Source: a virus
Length of the DNA: 64,000 bases
Reading direction: 5' to 3' (one strand)
Virus record (IMG/VR): IMGVR_UViG_3300017971_000007
Shown piece by piece: positions 1 through 6,302 of this stretch. Within the stretch, counting starts at the first letter, position 1, and the number at the start of each line of letters is the position of its first letter. The notes under the pieces are model-generated. The model did no database searches. It was not told the origin of the DNA and saw nothing but the letters and a program-made list of their open reading frames with translations. Both the position numbers and the translations under genes were made by a program.

Positions 1-37
1 ACCACGTCGTTATATAGATTCTCTTGACTTCTGGCAC
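1..37 (-). CDS. 5' end of a gene running off the window edge (MPEVKRIYITTW...)
   Basis: GGAGGAG Shine-Dalgarno followed by GTG at 37; frame open to position 1. Confidence 0.5.
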   Translation of the reverse strand, partial: MPEVKRIYITTW

Positions 38-52
38 TATTCTCCTCCAAAT

Positions 53-80
53 AAAAAACGGTGTCTCCTGGTGACACCGC
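53..80 (-). terminator. intrinsic terminator
   Basis: stem CGGTGTC/GACACCG (59-65/73-79) followed by a T6 tract on the minus strand. Confidence 0.7.
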
Positions 81-175
81 TACCAATCAGATATTTTGTC
101 TAGTACCTTGGACTGCCTCCTTGTTCATCTATTCCTGCCTGCAGCGAGCTCACCAGGATAACTCGCCAATTAACT

Positions 176-397
176 CTATTTTTGTTTCTTAGTTTGAAGT
201 TTTTTTAGTCTTCTTGAAGCATTTGACCTGTTTGCGTAGGTTCTTACTTTGGTGTTGGTGGATAGTTCTTCTATGGTATGCCCGACAGCGAAGCAGTTTC
301 CTATGGGGTCGTCAGCTATCCATTTGTTTAGCTTATTGTCTTTATGGGCTAAAAGAAATCTCCCAGCAAATTTCCCGTTCTCTATTTTCTGGACCAT
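176..397 (-). CDS. hypothetical basic protein, 73 aa
   Basis: AGGAGG SD upstream of the ATG; same strand as neighbours. Confidence 0.7.
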   Translation of the reverse strand: MVQKIENGKFAGRFLLAHKDNKLNKWIADDPIGNCFAVGHTIEELSTNTKVRTYANRSNASRRLKKLQTKKQK

Positions 398-467
398 TCT
401 GTCCTCCTGGTTCGGTCATAGGCAGTATACAGAGAATGGTGGCTCTAGTGACAGATGTTTCTGTATC

Positions 468-516
468 TGGTCGAGTCCTCAGATATTTTCTCACATTAAA
501 TCTGAGGACTCGACCA
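468..516. repeat. perfect 17-bp inverted repeat with 15-nt loop
   Basis: TGGTCGAGTCCTCAGAT (468-484) / ATCTGAGGACTCGACCA (500-516), intergenic. Confidence 0.9.
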
Positions 517-520
517 CGTT

Positions 521-1087
521 CTAAATAGGTGACCTCATCTCCAACTTCCTAGTTCTGTGCCTGTTCATCTTTACAGTATGTATTATCGCTGTCGGATTCT
601 CTTCCTTGTTCTCAAACAAGACCAACGGTCTGTAATTTTTAGTTTTGACCGAGCTGAACACATACGTATCAGTTTCTCCTTCAAATACAGACCTGTATAT
701 CTGAAGGTATTCGCTTTTTACTCCATTTCTTATGTGGGAGTGGCTGGACGAGAAGACTCTCAGGCCGTACTCACTCACGGCCGCATATTCCTCTTTTCTT
801 GGTATCGATTCCCAGGCAAGGTCCATGGTTCCACACCCCAAAAGTATGCCCGTCCATCCTCTTTTATATATGTGCCAGATTATGTCACTGTACGCTCTGG
901 AGTTAGAGGCCATAAAGTCGGCAGCAGCCTCCAATTCATTGAGTTCCGGGCATAGTTGGATGTGTTGCTTCTTAACACAGAACCCAAACACCCAATTGAA
1001 TATAAATAGGCTATCTCCCTGTTCTATTGCGAAGAAAGGGAATTCCGTGAAGCTAAGTAAAGTTTCCATCGTGTCTCTAGTTAGCAT
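521..1087 (-). CDS. hypothetical protein, 188 aa
   Basis: AGGAGG SD; promoter motif at 1113-1143. Confidence 0.8.
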   Translation of the reverse strand: MLTRDTMETLLSFTEFPFFAIEQGDSLFIFNWVFGFCVKKQHIQLCPELNELEAAADFMASNSRAYSDIIWHIYKRGWTGILLGCGTMDLAWESIPRKEEYAAVSEYGLRVFSSSHSHIRNGVKSEYLQIYRSVFEGETDTYVFSSVKTKNYRPLVLFENKEENPTAIIHTVKMNRHRTRKLEMRSPI

Positions 1088-1112
1088 TGCTTCCTCCTAC
1101 TGATTTCTCTAC

Positions 1113-1143
1113 TCTTATACCGACAAAGAATTTGTTATTTTGG
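1113..1143 (-). promoter_or_regulatory. phage promoter motif copy 1
   Basis: ccAAAATAACaaattctttgtcgGTATAAGA upstream of SD+ATG (spacing slightly off consensus). Confidence 0.7.
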
Positions 1144-1150
1144 AGGAACG

Positions 1151-1357
1151 ATGAAGATAGACATAGATTTGGACATCACGGCCGAGGAATTCAAGGAATT
1201 GGCTAAAAAGGATAAGGTAGCGGCTGGAAGGAAATTGAGAAATGAGGTCATGAGATTCAGTGATTATCTGGTCTCAAACGGAGTTTCGCCTCTGGCTGAA
1301 TGGGAAATGGTACTAATCATCGAATTTTTGGGAAAAAAGATAGTCGAGGGATCTTGA
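1151..1357 (+). CDS. hypothetical protein, 68 aa
   Basis: GGAGG SD; protein-like composition. Confidence 0.7.
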   Translation: MKIDIDLDITAEEFKELAKKDKVAAGRKLRNEVMRFSDYLVSNGVSPLAEWEMVLIIEFLGKKIVEGS

Positions 1358-1459
1358 CTTTTGCGATCTTGGCGTCACTATATGGGTGTAATGAAGATTC
1401 TCCTACGTAGATTCCCCGCCTGAAGGATTGGCGGGTCTTCTGTAGGAAGGAGGTTCGCC

Positions 1460-1645
1460 ATGATCAGATGTGAAAAATGTGGTGGTTTTGCGACTCCGGG
1501 ATTGGCAGGCTTGCATGGCAATCCTTTAGTACCTCTGTGTCTACAATGCACGAAAGAGGTGCTAGAAAAAATGGAGAATGCGGAGAAATCCCCCAAACCT
1601 GAAGTAGTCGATGAATGGGCCAGAGTACTGGCTCTTGTTGCATAG
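1460..1645 (+). CDS. small C4 zinc-finger protein (CEKC...CLQC)
   Basis: AAGGAGG SD; two CxxC pairs; possible sigma70 promoter TTGACT-N16-CACTAT at 1354-1381. Confidence 0.7.
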   Translation: MIRCEKCGGFATPGLAGLHGNPLVPLCLQCTKEVLEKMENAEKSPKPEVVDEWARVLALVA

Positions 1646-1764
1646 CTAAAAAATACTCCTGTATTTATCTTAATTACGACTACCAATTAGATAACCAAAA
1701 ACATCCCATACACAAACCACTGTTTCATTATCACAACACTCCTTTTGTGCACTTTCACGGGAAT

Positions 1765-2331
1765 TAAAAACACGCGCATACTCGAAACCAGTATACGAGC
1801 GTTCCGACCCCGGTTTGTCCTCTCACACTGTCATCTTCGCTTCTTAGCACGGACGGACGTGCTTAGTTGCTCAGACGACGGTGCCCGTCGAGAGGAGCGG
1901 GGCCTATAGCCCTCGCATCGGTATCCAGGAACAGAGAGAAAGCCAGAAAGGCTTTCTTGTAGCTTTAAGACACTGCGCATCTGAGCTCGCTACGTACTCG
2001 GATGAGGAGGGACTCTCCCAGAGCGTTCGAGGTTCGTCCTCTTGCTCTCGCGCCGTGCTATCCCCGGAAATACCTCTCGGCATTTCTTGTATAGCTCTAG
2101 CCTCGGCCAGGCTGCTGGATTCCTGTCCAGCTCAGTCCTACCCTGCTTGACGTCACATGTGAAAGCCTTCATGTGACGCGGCGCTTGGACAGCACCCACT
2201 CCGTGACTGCGTAATCTTCACAATTACGCGGCCTCCCGTTTCACGGGGACGGCGGTACTACTGCCTGCTTGATGAGCCCGTTTAGCAGAACGGCGGTGGC
2301 TTAGGGCTCTCCCACAGGGTCCGGCTCCGGA
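1765..2331 (-). ncRNA. candidate large structured ncRNA (~560 nt), family not recognised
   Basis: no credible ORF; more than 10 hairpins including GAAAUGCC-GAGA-GGUAUUUC (2086-2067); 5'/3' ends can pair; ends in a terminator hairpin plus U tract. Confidence 0.6.
1766..1797 (-). terminator. intrinsic terminator closing the 3636->1770 transcript
   Basis: CGUAUACU-ggtttcg-AGUAUGCG followed by cgtgTTTTT. Confidence 0.6.
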
Positions 2332-3180
2332 TTAAACCAGGGCGGCCTTGACCATCTCCAAGGCTTCGCCTGCATCCACGCCCTCGGCCAACTTCGCGAT
2401 GAAGCCGCCTTTGTGGGCGAAGATAACCCGGGAATCGTCACTCAATCGGCTGAAGTCCACCCGTGGGTGGTCATCATACCGATAGAGCGCCCAACTCTCA
2501 CCAGCTCGATCACTTTTGGTAATCGAGAAGGCGACGTCTGGGCATTCTCGGGCGCGGTATTGAGCCATCGCCTTCGAAAGTTCGAAGGTTATAGTCTCTT
2601 CCGCTATGAAGCCCTGAAGGTCGTCAACTTCAACCACCTTGGCCAGCTCCCGGATAGACGAATGCACTTTACTGTAATCGTCTATCCTGGCGAGGAGATC
2701 CATTCCGAAGTCGACTAGGAATTCCGTAACGGAATCCCCCATCTCGTCTCCGAATTCCTCTCGCGCACCGAACCATCCGATTAGGACGGTTTCGATTGGG
2801 GAGAAGATCTCCTCAGGGAGCTTTTCCATCCCCAGAGCCTTGGCCGTTACAAACGGTCCCTTGGAGTCCAAGAGAACGGTTGTTCGGTACCAGCTCTGAA
2901 GCTGGAAATGCTCCTCTAATCCAAGATGCCGAACGAATAGCGACAATGCGCATTCTGGATCGGCATCCCGAGGGAGCTGGTGGTGGTCGAAGTTTAGCCG
3001 CTCCGGTTCATGACGCCCGCCGCAGTCGAGCACAAGGACTTCAGCGTCCTCAAGCTCTTCTTGCGTGGGGTCACGCCGGAAGACCGGCACGCACCCGTAC
3101 AGGGCAAGCGCGATTGCGACGGATAGAAAGTCGTCGCGGTGCGCTGCACCGGGGTGCGTGATGATCTTTTTGATCATCAT
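2332..3180 (-). CDS. MYG1/UPF0160-family DHH phosphoesterase (putative exonuclease)
   Basis: motifs IITHPGAAHRDD, VLDCGGRHEPERLNFDHHQ and C-terminal FAHKGGFIA match the MYG1 family pattern. Confidence 0.8.
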   Translation of the reverse strand: MMIKKIITHPGAAHRDDFLSVAIALALYGCVPVFRRDPTQEELEDAEVLVLDCGGRHEPERLNFDHHQLPRDADPECALSLFVRHLGLEEHFQLQSWYRTTVLLDSKGPFVTAKALGMEKLPEEIFSPIETVLIGWFGAREEFGDEMGDSVTEFLVDFGMDLLARIDDYSKVHSSIRELAKVVEVDDLQGFIAEETITFELSKAMAQYRARECPDVAFSITKSDRAGESWALYRYDDHPRVDFSRLSDDSRVIFAHKGGFIAKLAEGVDAGEALEMVKAALV

Positions 3181-3182
3181 TT

Positions 3183-3444
3183 CGACCTAGCACCGAGACG
3201 TTGGTGCTGCGCTCGTCTATTTACCTCGACGAGTGAGGCAGTCCCAAAACCGGGGGAGAACTCCGGTATACTGAGTTGACCAGACTCAGCAGTTTACACG
3301 CGTTTCATCCCGCTGGTATTGCCAGGAATCCCCGCGATCTCCTCTTTCCCCTTTTTTGCTGCCGGGGGACATCGGCTTCTGTTCCCACGCCCTAGCTCGC
3401 GTCGGGCGCGGCGGGACTGATTACCCGCAGTGCGGCCTCAGAGC
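3183..3444 (-). ncRNA. candidate structured RNA / leader (~260 nt) upstream of the MYG1-like gene
   Basis: about 8 hairpins; long-range pairs 3419-3413 with 3245-3239 and 3440-3435 with 3239-3234; no credible ORF. Confidence 0.5.
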
Positions 3445-3636
3445 CTACTCTTCGCAAGAGCAGCTCTCCCACCGTTCTTTACACGAACGGCAGTAGAGAA
3501 CTGCTTGGAAAGAGTTGACTCCGACTGGCTCGTTCCTGACATAGCAGGTCGAGTTCCAGTCGACCACCCCGATGCCCTCGGGGTGGTTCTCGGCCAAATC
3601 CTCTCTGAATTCAGAGGGGATTTCTTTCTGTTTCAT
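3445..3636 (-). CDS. small Cys-rich hypothetical protein, 63 aa
   Basis: CRSC...CSC; starts 7 nt downstream of promoter motif copy 2. Confidence 0.6.
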   Translation of the reverse strand: MKQKEIPSEFREDLAENHPEGIGVVDWNSTCYVRNEPVGVNSFQAVLYCRSCKERWESCSCEE

Positions 3637-3643
3637 TCATATA

Positions 3644-3673
3644 TCTTATACAGAAAACTGCGTATATTTTTGC
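3644..3673 (-). promoter_or_regulatory. phage promoter motif copy 2
   Basis: gcAAAAATATACgcagttttctGTATAAGA. Confidence 0.75.
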
Positions 3674-3681
3674 GTATAGCT

Positions 3682-3700
3682 AAAAAAGGGGTTTCCCCCT
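3682..3700 (-). terminator. intrinsic terminator
   Basis: AGGGG-GAAA-CCCCT followed by a T tract, right after the stop at 3704. Confidence 0.6.
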
Positions 3701-3703
3701 ATT

Positions 3704-3928
3704 TTATTTATATGGTCCGAGCACGACCGAGTCGTGCTCATATTCCGGAGTTTTGAAACACTCCGGAATAATTCCAGACTGGGTATTTGAAAATACCCAG
3801 TCTGCCTCCTCTGCTAGATATATATAATCTAAGTCAACTAACTCTAAATATACTTCATCATAGTCGGCCAGTCCGACTATGACTTCATCCTCTCCCCCAG
3901 GAGCTGTGATGATGTCATACACCTTCAT
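3704..3928 (-). CDS. acidic hypothetical protein, 74 aa (start revised to 3928, MKVYDII...)
   Basis: GGAGGT SD and promoter motif immediately upstream of ATG 3928. Confidence 0.7.
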   Translation of the reverse strand: MKVYDIITAPGGEDEVIVGLADYDEVYLELVDLDYIYLAEEADWVFSNTQSGIIPECFKTPEYEHDSVVLGPYK

Positions 3929-3943
3929 TTTTACCTCCATAAA

Positions 3944-3973
3944 TCTTATACAGATATTCGCGTATGATTTATA
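3944..3973 (-). promoter_or_regulatory. phage promoter motif copy 3
   Basis: tataAATCATACgcgaatatctGTATAAGA. Confidence 0.6.
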
Positions 3974-3979
3974 GAAGCT

Positions 3980-4019
3980 AAAAATATGGAGGGGGAAGAT
4001 GCCGGAAACCCCCTCCATA
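3980..4019 (-). terminator. intrinsic terminator
   Basis: 11-bp stem TATGGAGGGGG/CCCCCTCCATA followed by TTTT. Confidence 0.7.
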
Positions 4020-4023
4020 AATC

Positions 4024-4563
4024 TTATCCAAATATGTGGTCGACTATCTTTATGGCGAGTATACGCCTAAACTGTCTATCGTCTAACATTTTGTCGATTT
4101 CTCTATGCGTTAGGAGATCTGCTATTGTTATTTCATGGCCTGATATATCATACTCCGCCATAAAACTATCAACCCCGCCTTTACACAATTTTTCAACGGC
4201 CCAATTGTATTCTAGTGTTATATCTTTGTACGTTTCTAATATTTTAGTTAAGTTATCTTTTTTAGTGTATTGAGTAATTAATTTATTTTCGGATTTTTTT
4301 CTCAGCTTTTCAGAGAAGTAATCCGCCCACACTTTCCCATCATCAAACCAGTCTATTATTGAGATTCCTTCCTCGCAATGATACACGAATTCGTTTTCTT
4401 GGGCGCACACGGCGTCTGGTAAGACAGCGTCAATGTACTCCTCGGAAAACGCTTCTACGGTGTTCCCTCTGCGTCTCCAGTATAGATTGCAGTTGGGGTC
4501 TGCGGTCCACCCGTCGACAATTTCTCCCACAGCGTATCTCGGATCCTCATAGTCAGACCACAT
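4024..4563 (-). CDS. hypothetical protein, 179 aa
   Basis: ORF coupled to the upstream gene (1-nt gap) and followed by a terminator. Confidence 0.75.
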   Translation of the reverse strand: MWSDYEDPRYAVGEIVDGWTADPNCNLYWRRRGNTVEAFSEEYIDAVLPDAVCAQENEFVYHCEEGISIIDWFDDGKVWADYFSEKLRKKSENKLITQYTKKDNLTKILETYKDITLEYNWAVEKLCKGGVDSFMAEYDISGHEITIADLLTHREIDKMLDDRQFRRILAIKIVDHIFG

Positions 4564-4564
4564 T

Positions 4565-5227
4565 CTATCTACCCATCCGTATCTGTTGAGGTGGAAATGT
4601 AGGTCCCCTTTTTGATATATTTTTTAGAGCGCTGCAGAAATACGACTCTCTGCAGCGCTCGTCCGCCGTTTCCGTTACAAGCCTCCCGTACCTCTTCTCC
4701 GTTTCCATCAGCAGGAAACGGCGGATATCTACGTGCGCCCACTTGTAATCAGCCATCAGCTTCACTTTTTTAGTGAACTCCTGCCCGTCCGATGAGAACC
4801 AAGACAGTTCCACTGTCTTATTTTTTATAAAATCTTCTCCGTTCAAATTTTCCCAATTTCTGAGATAGTGTATTATGCAGGAAATTGAGTTTGATAGAAT
4901 AACAGTATTGTCGTCTGCGATGACAAACGGACCTTCACTAGGTCCATGAGACTTAATCGGTACGTATATCCTGTATCCGTCTACTCGGATATGACGTTGT
5001 TCTGCGGCATCGGTTCTGTAATAACCCACTTCCAGGAGGTCATTCTCACTAGTGGGCGGGTTCAGGTAACCCGCTCCGCTAAGTCCGGTTATTGATGTAT
5101 AGTACTGCTCTCCTCCATATAGGTTATGCATAACCTCTCGATCATGCTCATAGTGCCATACACGGTTATCTTTGAGAGATACGAAGCAGCTGGATTCTCC
5201 GCCTTTGTAGTTTACATCGATTCTCAT
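4565..5227 (-). CDS. hypothetical protein, 220 aa
   Basis: AAGGAG SD; promoter motif copy 4 upstream. Confidence 0.8.
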   Translation of the reverse strand: MRIDVNYKGGESSCFVSLKDNRVWHYEHDREVMHNLYGGEQYYTSITGLSGAGYLNPPTSENDLLEVGYYRTDAAEQRHIRVDGYRIYVPIKSHGPSEGPFVIADDNTVILSNSISCIIHYLRNWENLNGEDFIKNKTVELSWFSSDGQEFTKKVKLMADYKWAHVDIRRFLLMETEKRYGRLVTETADERCRESYFCSALKNISKRGPTFPPQQIRMGR

Positions 5228-5259
5228 TTTTTCTCCTTGTTGTTTTTTGGTTACATAAT

Positions 5260-5289
5260 TCTTATACCGATAAATCAGTATTTTTTTGG
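5260..5289 (-). promoter_or_regulatory. phage promoter motif copy 4
   Basis: ccAAAAAAATACtgatttatcgGTATAAGA. Confidence 0.75.
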
Positions 5290-5296
5290 ATGAGTT

Positions 5297-5500
5297 AAAA
5301 AATTTCGAGTGCCCTTTTCACGACAACCCTGGATCGGTTTCCCGTCACTGATTGTCAGGCACTCGTGGCTGCCGTCGGCTTGGTGGATGTCCTCCACTCC
5401 TTAGGCCCCCTTCGGGCATCTCTGCCGGGGACGACATCCGTTACCAGATGCGGTCGTCTCCAACAAGCCTGCGCTGTCCACATCCTCAAAGGGAGGACAT
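5297..5500 (-). ncRNA. candidate stand-alone sRNA (~200 nt)
   Basis: own promoter motif (5504-5533), three GNRA-capped hairpins, 8-bp 3' closing stem, then U6; no SD+ORF. Confidence 0.65.
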
Positions 5501-5503
5501 AGG

Positions 5504-5533
5504 TCTTATAACGAAAAAGTCATACTTTTTTCA
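5504..5533 (-). promoter_or_regulatory. phage promoter motif copy 5 (points into a non-coding stretch)
   Basis: tgAAAAAAGTATgactttttcgTTATAAGA. Confidence 0.65.
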
Positions 5534-5684
5534 CCTTCCCCATGATGGGATTTTCTACATACTCGAACCATTCTTTATAATCTTCGAGACATTGCTCATG
5601 AAAAAAACATTTTTTCCCTGTTAAATCCACTCTAATGACTGCATCTTTTCCGACTTCTTTTTTGCACCAATGACATTTATCCAT
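5520..5684 (-). CDS. small zinc-finger protein, 54 aa (start revised to 5684, MDKCHWC...)
   Basis: AAGGAG SD; CxxC...HxxC. Confidence 0.7.
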   Translation of the reverse strand: MDKCHWCKKEVGKDAVIRVDLTGKKCFFHEQCLEDYKEWFEYVENPIMGKVKKV

Positions 5685-5696
5685 CGTCTGCTCCTT

Positions 5697-5865
5697 AGCA
5701 AAAAAGAAGCCGTGCACTTGGGCGTTTTGGATGGCAAGCAATCATCCCTGTGATTGCAGTCTGTGCACGGCTTCTATGCGTTTATCAGCCCTGCTTTCCC
5801 AAGCAGGTAAGTTCACGCGTTCTCGTCAGCCTTTTTTGGGGAGTGCGGCTTACTTCACTCCATCT
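5697..5865 (-). ncRNA. candidate structured RNA / attenuator-like leader (~170 nt)
   Basis: 13-bp perfect stem 5705-5717/5763-5775 enclosing a 7-bp hairpin and followed by U5; CCUGCUU-GGGA-AAGCAGG hairpin at 5807-5790. Confidence 0.5.
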
Positions 5866-5883
5866 ATTTATTTTCTAAAGAAT

Positions 5884-5900
5884 GAGGAGACGGTCTCCTC
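5884..5900. terminator. hairpin, probable terminator after the gene ending at 5916
   Basis: GAGGAGAC-G-GTCTCCTC with AT-rich flanks. Confidence 0.5.
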
Positions 5901-5915
5901 GTTTTATTGCACTTT

Positions 5916-6230
5916 TCAACGAGTGCATCTGCGACTCTCCGTTTTTATAATCTCTTCCAGTCTAAATTTAAACAGTGACGGAGACGTATTCGCCAGCGCG
6001 AACTCCGCCTCCGTCAAGGCGTAGATCTCCCCCCCTTCCGTTTCGAAGAAGAAGGGGTCGGAAATAGGCTGACCAGTGGAATCGAAAAACGACTCCACTG
6101 GGACGTTGAGACCGTCTTCGGTCTCAACGTGAGTTGCGGTCTTCGGTTTAAAGGCCGCTTTCACGGCCCCGTATGATTTCAGATAAGGGGCCGCAATCGC
6201 AGCCCCCAGAATACATAGTTCGATGAGCAT
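5916..6230 (-). CDS. hypothetical protein with hydrophobic N-terminus (start revised to 6230)
   Basis: AAAGGAG SD and promoter motif copy 6 upstream of ATG 6230. Confidence 0.75.
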   Translation of the reverse strand: MLIELCILGAAIAAPYLKSYGAVKAAFKPKTATHVETEDGLNVPVESFFDSTGQPISDPFFFETEGGEIYALTEAEFALANTSPSLFKFRLEEIIKTESRRCTR

Positions 6231-6247
6231 GTTTTCTCCTTTATAGC

Positions 6248-6277
6248 TCTTATACCTACACAAACGTTTATTTTTCG
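6248..6277 (-). promoter_or_regulatory. phage promoter motif copy 6
   Basis: cgAAAAATAAACgtttgtgtagGTATAAGA. Confidence 0.75.
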
Positions 6278-6302
6278 GGCGCTTGTGTGCTAACTTAGAC
6301 GT

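Noticed and set aside
1881-2199. ORFs 1881-2150 (+) and 1990-2199 (-)
   Set aside because: GTG starts without a convincing SD and non-protein-like composition; better explained as chance frames in GC-rich structured sequence.
1765-2331. RNase P RNA, tmRNA, hammerhead or group II intron identity for the large structured element
   Set aside because: No P4 pair (GAAAGUCC / ACCCGGCUUA), no tRNA-like ends, UGAUGAG at ~2270 lacks the GAAA partner, and the domain-V-like fragments (GAGCCGGA, GCACGUCCG) are ~460 nt apart.
5352-6024. Plus-strand ORFs 5352-5624 and 5731-6024
   Set aside because: No SD, and they are antisense to better-supported minus-strand genes and structured elements.
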